Positions 26,406-38,439 of a stretch of 64,000 nucleotides of DNA are shown here, in pieces (the first letter of the stretch is position 1; each line of letters opens with the position of its first letter). The DNA comes from Mobula hypostoma (taxonomy: Eukaryota). A model generated the notes under the pieces. The model did not search any database. It was given only the letters and a program-made list of their open reading frames with translations, and had not been told where the DNA came from. The DNA is taken from the NCBI RefSeq assembly GCF_963921235.1, contig NC_086108.1, positions 113,090,001-113,154,000 on the forward strand. Direction: 5' to 3'. The translations under genes and the position numbers were made by a program.

Positions 26406-26915
26406 CTTTGGGAAAGAACAATGACACAAAGCATTTTTACCATTAGCACCATCATTTTTGCGAGGAGAGACGGGTTAAAGACTGCTGAAGGAACTTAACG
26501 GGTTGGTGGGAAGGCACCTCAGAATAGAGGGACATCCATTTAGAACAGAGATGAGGGGAAGTTTCTTTATCCAGAAGGTGGTGAACCCTTGGAATTCATT
26601 GCCAGCTGTGGAGGCCAAGCTATTGGGTATAATTAAAGTGGAGATAGACCGGGTTTTGATTAGTCAGGGCATCAGAAGTTATGGGGAGAAGGCAGGAGAA
26701 TGGGGTTGTGAGGGAAAATAAATCAGCCATGATAGAATGGCAGAGCAGACTCAATGGGCCGAATAGCCTAATTCTGCTCCTACATCTTATGTGCTGTGGG
26801 AAGTGACACAGAAAGGGCAAAATGGATCGGCCATGTCACATTGAATGGTGGGATTGGACTGAGGGGCCCAGTGGCTTACTCCTGTTTTCCTATTTCCTAT
26901 TTTCTTTTTTATTAC

Positions 26916-26969
26916 CTTCATGCCTTCCAGTCCGAGCTCTCCAGGGTATCCTTTCCGGCCTGGTCTCCC
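26916..26969 (-). CDS. COL24A1: Collagen exon GRPGRKGYPGELGLEGMK
   Basis: 54 bp, ttttag|GGG...AAG|gtaata. Confidence 0.88.
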
Positions 26970-27109
26970 CTAAAACATAGAGTTCAGTGTTTAGTGTAGT
27001 TACCATGATTGCTTCACACAATCATATAAGATTCACTCGACATGGATATTAGGTCTAACGATCAGTACTGGCTCCACAGGGGATTCAATTTAGATCCAAC
27101 GCTCATAGA

Positions 27110-28245
27110 ATGCTGTCAGCAGGCCAGACAGGGGAGGGGAATAAACAACTGACGTTTCCGATCCTTCAACAGGACTGGAGAGGAAGGGGCAAGAAGCCAG
27201 AATAGGCAGTTGGTGTGGTGGGAAGGAGTACAAGCTGGCAGGTGATTGGTGAGACCAGGTGAGGGGGAAGGTCACGGGTGGGTTAAGGGGATGAAGTGAG
27301 AAGCTGGGAGCTGATAGGTGGAAGGGCTAAAGAAGAACGAATCTGATAGGAGGGGAGAGAGGGTGGGGACTGAGGGAGCAGATGAGCAGGTGAGGAGAAG
27401 GGAAGTGGTGAGAGAGAAACCAGAATGGAGAATGGAAAAAGAGAGAAGGAAGAGAGGAAAAATTACCGGAATTAGGAGAAGCAGATGTTCTTGCATCATG
27501 TTGGAGGCTGCTCAGCTGGAACATGAGATGTTGCTCCTCCAGCCTGAGTGTGGCCTCATCATGGCAGAAGAAGAGGCCATGGACTAACATGTCAGAATGG
27601 GAATGGGAAGACAAATTGAAATGGGTGGCCATTGGGAGGTGCTGCCTTTTGCAGTGGAGAGAGCGAAGGTGTTCGACAAAACGATTCCCCAATCTACGTC
27701 AAGTCTCACTGATGTAGAGGAGGCCGGACTGGGAGAACCGAATACAATAAATGAGACCGACAGACTCACAGGTGAAGTGTCACCTCACCTGGAAGGACGG
27801 GTTGGGTCCTTGAATCGAGCTGAGGGAGCAGGTGAATGGGCAGGTTTTGCACTTAGAGCACTTGCAGGTTAAGGGTTAAGTACCAGGAAGAAGATCAGTG
27901 GACAGGGGAGTCATGCAGAAAGTGATCGCTGTGGAAAGCAGAGAGTGAGACGTGCCTGGTATTGGCATCCTGTTGGAGATGGTGGAAGTTGTGGAAAATG
28001 ATATGCTCGTCGAGAGGCTCGTGAAATGATAGATGAGGTCAAGGAGAACCCCATCACTGGTATGACGGTAAGAAGGTTGGATGAGGGAGGCTGTTTGGGA
28101 AGTGGAGGAGATGCAGGTGAGGGCAGTATCGATAACAGAAGGGGAAAAACAACTCAGATGCTCTGGAATGGAATGCCTCATCTGCAAACAGATGCAGCAG
28201 AGACAGAGGAACTGAGAGAAGAGAATAGAGACGCTGGAGCAGCAC
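27110..28245 (-). mobile_element. Penelope-like element, 3' part
   Basis: GIY-YIG-type remnant (IYCI...LLYISET, RLGNRFVEHL, ATHFN, RLEEQHL), followed by a pyrimidine-rich region and a pseudo-LTR with degenerate hammerhead core near 27148-27178. Confidence 0.82.
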
Positions 28246-28805
28246 ATGACCAGTCGGAGGAGCTCAGTAGGTCAAACAGCAGTTCTCCACATCCTGAACC
28301 AAACAGAGGGTGGTGAATTCATTGCCACAGTCAGCCATGGAGGCCAAGTCATTGAGTATATTTAAGGCAGAGATTGATGGATTCTTGTCGGGGCATGAAG
28401 GGATATAGGAAGAAGGCAGGAGATTGGGGCTGAGAGGGAAAATGGATCAGCCATGATGAAATGGTGGAGCAGACTCAATGGGCCAAATGGCCTAATTCTG
28501 CTCCTATATTGTCTGCTCTTATGGTCTAATCCACTGACGATCTGAACTGTAACATAGATCTGACTGAGTCACCAAAGAAGTCGACTCAGGACATCCCAAC
28601 CCCGATGTCTTTATTTATCTATCTATCAACTTACTTACTTACTTACTTACATAGAATAAGTCCTTCCAGCCCTTTGAGCCACACCACCCAGCAACCCCCG
28701 ACTTAACCCTGGTCTAATTCTGTGTCCTAGACAAACAGTGTTGCATCATTTGGTATCTACACACAATTCTGAAACACAAGCACAACTGTCAGGTTGAAGA
28801 CTTAC

Positions 28806-28850
28806 AAGTGACCCTTGGCTCCCTGGTGACCCCTGTGGCCCTTCAGCTCC
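28806..28850 (-). CDS. COL24A1: Collagen exon GAEGPQGSPGSQGSL
   Basis: 45 bp, aacag|GGA...CTT|gtaagt, five Gly-X-Y triplets. Confidence 0.85.
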
Positions 28851-28919
28851 CTGTTGAACAAGGACAAATGGGTTAAATGTTGTTGTGTCAGTCTTGACAG
28901 ACACCTAGAAACGAGTGGA

Positions 28920-29215
28920 CAGAGTCACTGCCCCATAGCTCCAGGGACCTTGGTTCGATCCCCACCTCTGGCGCTGTCTGTGTGGAGTTTGCATGTTCTC
29001 GTTGTGACCACATGGGTGTCCCACAGGTGCTCCGGTTCCCTCCCACATCCGAGAGAAGTGTTAATTGGCTACTGTAAATCATCCCCGGTGTGTGGGTGAG
29101 GGGTGGAACCTGGGGGGAGTTGATGAATATGGGGAGATTGAAATGGGATCAGTGTAGGATTGGTGTCAATGGGTGATTGATGGTCAGAACAGAGGGCCCG
29201 TTTTCCTGCTCTGTC
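28920..29215 (+). mobile_element. tRNA-derived SINE (similar copies at about 29690-29960 +, 35240-35640 +, 42915-43205 -)
   Basis: B-box-like ggttcgatccc, then a shared body ctgtgtggagtttgcatgttctc...tgctccggtt.cctcccacatcc. Confidence 0.65.
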
Positions 29216-29961
29216 TGCAACTCCACAAACTCTGGAAAGAGAGCAAAGGAGGCTGATGAGAATGCTGCCCGGAATCGAGGGCCGGCCTGAGTTACAGAGA
29301 CAGGTTGCACACACAGTTGGGGAATGAAGAACCAGAGGGCGCAGGTTTAAGGTGAGAACTAAAGGGAACCTGAGGGACAAAGTTTTCACCCAGGGACATT
29401 TAAGAACATTTAAGAGACATTTAGGGACATTTTAGAGACTCTTCGATAGGCACATGGATGAAAGAAAGATGGAGGGCTATAGTGGAAGGAAGGGTTGGAC
29501 TGATCTTGGAGTGGGTTAAAAGGTCAGCACAACATTGTGGGCTGAAGGGCCTGTACTGTGCTGTGACATTCTATGTTGTATGTATAAGGTACATTAATAA
29601 CATTTAAAAGACACTTGGACAGATAGCCTTGACAGTTCCCTCTTACCTTCCTGTACAAATTCATGAGGCATTGCTTTCTTTTTTGAGGGCAGTACAGTGG
29701 TGTAGCAATTAGCATAACACGTTACAGTACCAGCGACATGAATTCATGAACGTTGAAGTGACTGTGTGGGTTTCCTCCCAAATTCCAAAGATGTATAAGC
29801 ACGGATTAGTGAGTTGTGGGCCTGATATGTTGGCACCAGAAGCATGGAGACACTTGCGGGCGGCCCTCAGCACATCCTTGGACTGTGTTGGTTGTTAACA
29901 GAATTGATGTATTTCACTGTGTGCTTGGATATTTCAACGTTCATGTGACAACTAATCTTAC

Positions 29962-30015
29962 CTCTTGGCCCTTGGGTCCACGAAGGCCTGGCAGTCCTCT
30001 GTCACCAGGTTCACC
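29962..30015 (-). CDS. COL24A1: Collagen exon GEPGDRGLPGLRGPKGQE
   Basis: 54 bp, ctag|GGT...GAG|gtaaga, perfect Gly-X-Y. Confidence 0.88.
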
Positions 30016-30077
30016 CTAGATGGCCAGACAGGAGGAATGTAATTAAAGGCTTATAAAGACATGAAAAGTATGCTACA

Positions 30078-30638
30078 TGTTAGAGTGGATTTCTTTTTGG
30101 GTAGATGATTTGTTTACACTTAAATGACTTTGGCCACCAGACTTCTATTTTAACTGTTTGACAAAGGACTGTGGATTGGTCCACCACAATGGGCTTCCTG
30201 AAAGGTGTAAATACCAGATGCTTCTGGTGCCTGATGCCGTAGTTTCGAAGACAGTATTATCTATACTTTATAAATATTAATTGGCTTCTATGTTAGCACG
30301 TAAAATTCCAAATAAGTGTATTGTGGATTGAACTAAAGGCTGTGGATACCAACCCAGACAGGTTGGCGTCAGAAGGAAAGGATGAAATCTTAAGGTGTGA
30401 TGTTTGTGTGTGACTTCAAAAGGAAGCATTGTCTACGCATTGTCTGTAACTTTTTAAAGTAGTGATTGCCTTTGTGTTTAGCATATAAATATTGAGCCCA
30501 CATTTAGCTAGCAGAACTTTCTGCGGAAAGCGTCTCCGTCCGTAAGATGCCTACTGTACCTTGTTGTGTCGAATAAAGAAGCTGCTTTGTATCTACCAGT
30601 GACTCTGTCTCTCCGGTAATTTCATCCACCCCACAACA
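30078..30638 (+). mobile_element. Solo LTR
   Basis: TGTT...AACA termini with imperfect terminal inverted repeat (GTGGAT/ATCCAC). TATA-like box near 30484, AATAAA near 30572. 5-bp flanks ctaca/ttaca. Confidence 0.7.
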
Positions 30639-30857
30639 TTACATACACACAAGATCCATGCAAAATCAAGGATCAAGCATCAACTTTATCCGCCATATAC
30701 ATTTACACGATTAGGAATTTGCTGTGATGTGTTGGTCAGGGTGTGACATGCTTCAAAAAACGATATTTAATAATTATAAAGAATGAAAGTTAAATAAAAA
30801 AATAAAACTAGAGGTTAACGAATGGAATGGGAATAAGATGTGCATATATACCAGCAT

Positions 30858-32171
30858 CAATGTTCCCTCTAATTTTTGGCAGTGTGCGCCAGAATCTTAC
30901 GTTGTGCAAATTTTTTTCCTGTGACTAAAGTATGTGCATTGAATGCACACATGGCACAGTTTATGTAGGTTTACAAAATATTTGACATAAAACTGCACAG
31001 AATAACAACAAAATAACATACATATTTAAGTCACTCAGTTATTTTTTCTCTCTCCTGTCTTTGGCATTTACCCATTCTTTGTAAACAATTGATAGCTTTT
31101 GATTCTCATTAACATATCCAAATGACATTCACCTCAATGGTTTGTCAGCTTGTTTTTGAGTTGATTCATCAGGCTAAAACCTCACTCACAGTCCGCACGA
31201 GACGCAAGAAAGGTTCCCCCAATGTCCATCAACTGTGCAAGGTCGCAAAACTGTTCATTTTGAAGTACAAATGCCACCATTTGAGCAAAGTTTGAAATCA
31301 GTTTGGATTTAATTTTTTCTTGCACGGAAAATTTGAAATCATTAAACTGTCTAACTATTACAGTATTTTCAGCTAGAAAATCATGATATTTTAGGCATAA
31401 GGCATTAACTTGTTCATCGCCAAATGTGAAGTCACAATCTGAAATTGCGGAGAAATCAAAAGCTGACCTTTCTTGTCCCTCATCTTCAGGAAACCTTTCT
31501 TCAAATGAACACAAAGACTATTTATAAAAGTCAACAGCGAACTTGTATCTACTGTGACGTTTTCTTCACGTTGTTGGCTTATCAAAACTTTAACTTTGTC
31601 ACTCCACGAAACATTGTCTCCCAGGTACTGCTTTCTTATCTTGTTAATTTTGCCTCGTGCAAAATGAAGTGAATCAATCGGTGTCAGGCCACTCTTTTGC
31701 AGAATCTTGCACAGTGCAGCCAGTTCATCGAAAACATCACTTAAAACCTGTAAAGCTACTTTGTATGTGATGTTTAACAATTTCTTGTGATAGTATTTAG
31801 CCACAGGGTCATTTGACTAATCTTTTTCAATAAAAGCTTAGTAAGCTATCTACAGGATTTGAAACAGATCTTTGTAAACTTTACGATATGAACACTGTCC
31901 GCCAAAGATGGCTGCCGCCGTGATGTAGCTGTACAAACCGGAACAAGAAAGGTGAGGTGTCGTAAATTAGTGACATGCATTGTGGTATTTCAAAAACCGA
32001 CTAACTAGTTAACAGAATCATTTAGCTAAAAGGTTATTTTTAATAAGTATAATTATTAATTACTACAGTATTTTAGGTAACTAACCTTTTGTGCGCACAT
32101 TAATTTTCTTTGTGCGCTAGTTGGGAAACGTATGTGCGTGCACACACGCGCACAGTTTAGAGGGAACATAG
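30858..32171 (-). mobile_element. Internally deleted hAT DNA transposon
   Basis: 15-bp TIRs caatgttccctctaa / ttagagggaacatag (1 mismatch). Perfect 8-bp TSD accagcat at 30850-30857 and 32172-32179. Transposase remnant with hAT dimerisation motif ASRADCE*GFSLMN. Confidence 0.93.
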
Positions 32172-32554
32172 ACCAGCATGTACATATTTACAATGTAAAC
32201 AGCTTTGTAAAAAGTGGTTTAAAGTGTTTGCAGTGCAGTGTGCTGACTGGGGTAATAGAGGGGGTGGGGGGGCTAACTAGAATGGTTGTTCAGATTAACT
32301 GCCTGGGGGAAAAAAACTTTTAAGATGGCGTAAAGTTTTTGTTTTAATTTTGCTTTTTCGAGCTGTACTACCCCAGCAACCCCAAGACTCCGATTAGCCC
32401 TAACCTAATCATGGGACAATTTACAATGACCAATTAACATAACCGGTGTACATTTGGATTGTGGGGGGAAACTGGGGCATCCAGAAAAAAACAGAGGCTC
32501 CTTACACTGGGATTGAACTCTGAACTGCAATGCCCTGAGCTGTAATAGCATCAG

Positions 32555-33317
32555 ACTATTATTTAAATGGGGAAAGAATTCAAAGTTCTGAGATGCAACA
32601 GGACTTGGGAGTCCTCGTACAGGATACCCTTAAGGTTAACCTCCAGGCTGGGTTGGTGGTGAAGAAGGCGAATGCAATGTTGGCGTTCATTTCTAGAGGA
32701 ATAGAGTATAGGAGCAGGGATGTGATGTTGAGGCTCTATAAGGCACTGGTGAGACCTGACTTGGAGTACTGTGGGCAGTTTTGGTCTCCTTATTTAAGAA
32801 AGGATGTGCTGACGTTGGAGAGGGTACAGAGAAGATTCACTAGAATGATTCTGGGAATGAGGGGGTTAACATATGAGGAACGTTTGTCCGCTCTTGGACT
32901 GTATTCCTTGGAGTTTAGAAGAATGAGGGGAGACCTCATAGAAACACTTCAAATGTTGAAAGGCATGGACAGAGTGAATGTGGCAAAGTTGTTTCCCATG
33001 ATGGGGGAATCTAGTACGAGAGGGCATGACTTAAGGATTGAAGGGTGCCCATTCAGAACAGAAATGTGAAGAAATTTTTTTAGCAAGAGGGTGGTGAATC
33101 TATGGAATTTGTTGCCACGGGCAGCAGTGGAGGCCAAGTCATTGGGTGTATTTAAGGCAGAGATTGATAGGAATCTGAGTAGCCAGGGCATCAAAGGTTA
33201 TGGTGAGAAGGTGGGGGAGTGGGACTAAATGGGAGAATGGATCAGTTCATGATAAAATGGCGGAGCAGACTTGATGGGCCGAATGGCCGACTTCTGCTCC
33301 TTTGCCTTATGGTCTTA
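32555..33317 (+). mobile_element. CR1 3' fragment
   Basis: 158-aa ORF 32593-33069; ttatggtc tail. Confidence 0.85.
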
Positions 33318-34074
33318 TCACACTAACCTCCACAGTACTGTAGCACCCATTCTCTTCCCCTTCACCCCTCCTTAGTAAGTACCATACCATCCATCACAGC
33401 CCAACCAAGACAGCTGTGGAGGTCAAGTCGTTAGATTTATTTAAGGCAGAGATTGATAGGTTCTTGATTGACCACAGCATTAAAGGTTATGGGGAGAAGG
33501 CAGGGGAGTGGGGTTGAGGAGGGGAAAAAAGGATCCGCCATGATTGAATGGTGGATCAGACTTGATGGGCCAAATGGCTTAATTCTGTTCCTATGTCTTA
33601 TGGTCTTATGGTCTAAGTAGTTCTGCCTTATGTTCACCTTTCAGCCTTAACCCATGACCTTTAGTTCTAGTCTCACCCAACCTCAGTAGAAAAAGCCTGC
33701 TTGAATTTACCCTATCTATGTCCCTCATGATTTTGTAAACTTTCTCTCTACTCTTTCAATCTTGTTGGTATTTTTCCTGTAGGTAGGGTAGGATGCATCC
33801 AATAAATGGCAGGGCATTTAAGGAATTTTATTGAATCAAGTAACTGTGGGAAAGGGTGATGAAAAAGCCAAATGGAACACTTGGCACATAGGTCGGGGCA
33901 TAGAGTATAAAAATTTAATGCATTATGTTGTTACTTTACAGCAGAATACTTAGATTACACTTTGGAGTACCGTGTGCTATTCTGGTCATCCCACCACAGG
34001 ATTGTGCTGGAGACAGCGCAGAGGAGATTCACCAGGATGTTGCTGGGATTGGAGGACTTTAATCATTGGTAGAA

Positions 34075-34860
34075 ACATCTTCTCTACGTCCACTCTAACT
34101 AGGCCTTTCAATATTCAATAAGTTTCAGTGAGATCCTCCCTCATTCTTCTAAACTCCACTGAGTAAAGGTCTAGAGCCAAAGGCTCCTCATATGTAAACC
34201 ATTCCATTCCTGAGGTCATTCTTGTGAACCTCCTCTGGACTCTCTCCAATGCCAGCACATCTTTTCTTTGATAAGGGGCTCAAAACTGCTCACAAAACTC
34301 CAAGTGCAGTCCGGCCAATGGAATATAAAGCTTCAGCATTACAAACCTGCTGTTATATTCTAGTCCTCTTGAAATGAATGCTAACGTTACATTTGCCTTC
34401 CTACCACAGACTCAGCCTTCAAGTTAACCTTTGGGGAATCCTGCATGAGGAATCCCAAGTCTCTTCGCACCTCTGAGTTTTGAATTTTCTCCACATTTAG
34501 AAAATAGTCCACACTCTGAAACATTCCTTCTGCCAAAGAGCATGACCATACACTTCCCTACATTATATTCAATCTGCCACTAATTTGACCATTCTCCAAT
34601 CTGTCTTCCTGCAGACACCCTGCTTCCTTGACACCACCTGCCCCTCCACCTATCTTCATATCGTCTGCAAACCTGGCCACAAAGCCGTCACTTCCATCAT
34701 TGAAACATCATGTGAAAAGAATCGATCCCAGCACCAACCCCTATGGAACACCACTAGCCATCAGCAGCCAAGAGAAAAGACTCCCTTTATTCCCATCCTT
34801 TGCCTCCTGCCAGTCAGCCAATGCTCTTTCTATCTTTCCTGTAATACCATAGGCTCTTGT
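34075..34860 (-). mobile_element. Decayed CR1 RT fragment
   Basis: Collinear with the CR1 at 60530-62600. Confidence 0.75.
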
Positions 34861-35330
34861 TTAAACACAGGCTGTGGGTGGTATCTGGAACTTGCTGGCG
34901 GGATCAGTTACAGTCACTATGTTTAAGAGACATTAAGACGGACACTTACATGGCAAAGCATAAGAAGATGTCGACAATGTAGACATGTTGGATTAGTGCA
35001 GATGGCCAGAGACATTGACATGGACGTGGTGGGTGGAACTGCAACTAACATATTGCTTTGCTTCAGTGATTATATCTTGTTATAATCTTCAGTAAAAACT
35101 TCAAACAGTTTATAATATTTGCAAAATAAATTATGTTTTCTTCATTCTGTTTGTCTACCTAGTGTATTAAGTTAGTGTGATCAGATGCACAGATTCTTCA
35201 TAGTTAGCATCATGTACTCAGTATGCCAGCTGTAAGATCAGGTTTTCAATTCCCATTGCTGGTCGTATGGAGTGTGTACGTTCTCCCAGTGACCGGTGTA
35301 TTTCCTCCCACATTGCAAGCACCTATGGGT

Positions 35331-35510
35331 TAGGGTCAGTGAGCCGTGGGCCTGCTGTAGGGTCAGTGAGCCGTGGGCCTGCTGTAGGGTCAGTGAGCTG
35401 TGGGCTTGCTGTAGGGTCAGTGAGCCGTGGGCCTGCTGTAGGGTCAGTGAGCCGTGGGCCTGCTGTAGGGTCAGTGAGCTGTGGGCTTGCTTTAGGGTCA
35501 GTGAGCCGTG
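35331..35510 (+). repeat. 27-bp minisatellite inside a SINE, 6-7 copies
   Basis: Unit tagggtcagtgagccgtgggcctgctg. Confidence 0.93.
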
Positions 35511-35663
35511 TTGATTCCTGTGAATGATCCAGGACATTTGCAGGCTGCCCAGCACAATCATTGCTGATTTGATTTGATGCAAACAACGCATTTCACTGTA
35601 TCTTTCGACATACATGCGACAAGCTTACCGTTAATCTAATCTTTAACTTGTGAACTCACTGTT

Positions 35664-37763
35664 AGAAACATAGAAACATAGAAAATAGGTGCAGGAGTAG
35701 GCCATTCAGCCCTTTGAGCCTGCACCGCCATTCAGTATGATCATGGCTGATCATCCAACTCAGAACCCTGTACCAGCATTCCCTCCATACCCCCTGATCC
35801 CTTTAGCCACAAGGGCCATATCTAACTCCTTCTTAAATATAGACAATGAACTGGCCTCAGCTGTTTCCTGTGGCAGAGAATTCCACAGATTCACCACTCT
35901 CTGTGTGAAGAAGTTTTTCCTCATCTCGGTCCTAAAAGGCTTCCCCTTAATCCTCAAACTGTGACCCCTCGTCCTGGACTTCCCCAACATCGGGAACAAT
36001 CTTCCTGCATCTAGTCTGTCCAATATCTTTAACATTTTGTACATTTCAATAAGACCCCCCCTCAATCTTCTAAATTCCAAAGAGTATAAGCCTAGTCGAT
36101 CCAGTCTTTCATCATATGAAAGTCCTGCCATCCCAGGAATCAATCTGGTGAACCTTCTTTGTACTCCCTCTATGGCAAGGATGTCTTTCCTCAGATTAGG
36201 GGACCAAAACTGCACACAATACTCCAGGTGTGGTCTCACCAAGGCCTTGTACAACTGTAGTAGTACCTCCCTGCTCCTGTACTCGAATTCTCTTGCTATG
36301 AATGCCAGCATACCATTTGCCTTTTTCACCGCCTGCTGTACCTGCATGCCCACTTTCAATGACTGGTGTATAATGACACCCAGGTCTCGTTGCACCTCCC
36401 CTTTTCCGAATCGGCCACCATTCAGGTAATAATCTGTTTTCCTATTTTTGCCACCAAAGTTGATAACCTCACATTTATCCACATTAAATTGCATCTGCCA
36501 TGAATTTGCCCACTCACCTAACCTATCCAAGTCACCCTGCATCCTCTTAGCATCCTCCTCACAGCTAACACTGTCGCCCAGCTTCATGTCATCCGCAAAC
36601 TTGGAGATGCTGCATTTAATTCCCTCATCTAAGTCATTAATATATATTGTAAACAACTGGGGTCCCAGCACTGAGCTTTGCGGTACCCCACTAGTCACTG
36701 CCTGCCATTCTGAAAAAGTCCCATTTATTCCCACTCTTTGCTTCCTGTCTGCCAACCAATTCTCTATCCACATCAATACCTTACCCCAAATACCGTGTGC
36801 TTTAAGTTTGCACACTAATCTCCTGTGTGGGACCTTGTCAAAAGCCTTTTGAAAATCCAAATATACCACATCCACTGGTTCTCCCCTATCCACTCTGCTA
36901 GTTACATCCTCAAAAAACTCTATGAGATTCGTCAGACATGATTTTCCTTTCACAAATCCATGCTGACTTTGTCCGATAATTTCATCGCTTTCCAAATGTG
37001 CTGTTATCACATCTTTGATAAGTGACTCCAGCAGTGTCCCCACCACCGATGTTAGGCTAACCGGTCTATAGTTCCCCAGTTTCTCTCTCCCTCCTGTTTT
37101 AAAAAGAGGGGTTACATTAGCCACCCTCCAATCCTCAGGAACTAGTCCAGAATCTAAAGAGTTTTGAAAAATTATCACTAATGCATCCAATATTTCTTGG
37201 GCTACTTCCTTAAGCACTCTGAGATGCAGACCATCTGGCTCTGGGGATTTATCTGCCTTTTATCCCTTCAATTTACCTAACACCACTTCCCTGCTAACAT
37301 GTATTTCGCTCAGTTCCTCCATCTCACTGGACCCTCTGTCCCTTACTATTTCCGGAAGATTATTTATGTCCTCCTTAGTGAAGACAGAACCAAAGTAGTT
37401 ATTCAATTGGTCAGCCATGTCCTTCCTCCCCATAATCAATTCACCTGTTTCTGTCTGTAGGGGACCTACATTTGTCTTAATCAGTCTTTTGCTTTTCACA
37501 TATCTATAAAAGCTTTTACAGTCAGTTTTTATGTTCCCTGCCAGTTTTCTCTCATAATCTTTTTTCCCTTTCCTAACTAAGCCCTTTGTCCTCCTCTGCT
37601 GGACTCTGAATTTCTCCCAGTCCTCAGGTGTGCCGCTTTTTCTGGCTAATTTGTATGTTCCTTCTTTGGAATTGATATTATCCCTAATCTCCCTTGTCAG
37701 CCATGGGTGCACTACCTTCCCTGGTTTACTCTTTTGCCAAACTGGGATGAACAATTGTTGCAG
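35664..37763 (-). mobile_element. Young 5'-truncated CR1 LINE with open RT-to-C-terminus frame
   Basis: 485-aa ORF 35760-37217 (YRPVSLTS, DFQKAFD, FADD) and a (CTATGTTT)n 3' tail. Confidence 0.93.
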
Positions 37764-37800
37764 CGTGATCTAAAATAAATGGATTTTTTTATCCACCTAC

Positions 37801-37854
37801 CTTTGGACCTTCAATTCCATTAGGGCCTGGCTGCCCAATATCTCCGGGGAAACC
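37801..37854 (-). CDS. COL24A1: Fibrillar collagen (COL24A1-like) exon, most 5' exon in window: GFPGDIGQPGPNGIEGPK
   Basis: 54 bp, phase 0, tttcag|GGT...AAG|gtaggt. Six Gly-X-Y triplets. GFPGDIG is recalled as typical of COL24A1/COL27A1. Confidence 0.88.
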
Positions 37855-38439
37855 CTGAAAAACAGGTGTCAGATTGATCAATTGGTTTATTACTATAGGT
37901 TGGATTGATGTACAAGAGACAAAATTGTTTGACACACCATCTACACAGATCATTTCACGTAGCTCTCCAGCTTCTGAACAGAACTCACTCCGCTGTAATC
38001 CCCTAACTGTCCCTGCTCAACATCTGTTAAATATTCTTTCCATTAAATTGTCTGTCCATCCGGGACATCTTCAACGTGCAATGCCTCAGAAAGACAGCAT
38101 CCATCATTAAGAACCTCCATTACCCAGGACGTGCCCTCTTCTCATTGCTACCATCAGGGAGGAGGTCCAGGAGCATGAAGGCACACTCAACAATTCAGGA
38201 ACAGCTTCTTCCCCTCCGCCATCAGATTTCTGAATGGACAATGAATTATGTACTGCTGCCATATAACAACACATTTCACAATATACTGTATACCAGTGAA
38301 ATTAAATCTGATTGTGAAACGTCAACTATAGCCTTTTTCACAGAGGCTGCCTGGCCTGCTGAGTTCTCCCTGTATTTTGTGTGTGTTGCTTGGATTTCCA
38401 GCAGCTGCAGACTTTCTCTTGTCTGTGATTGAATCTTTG

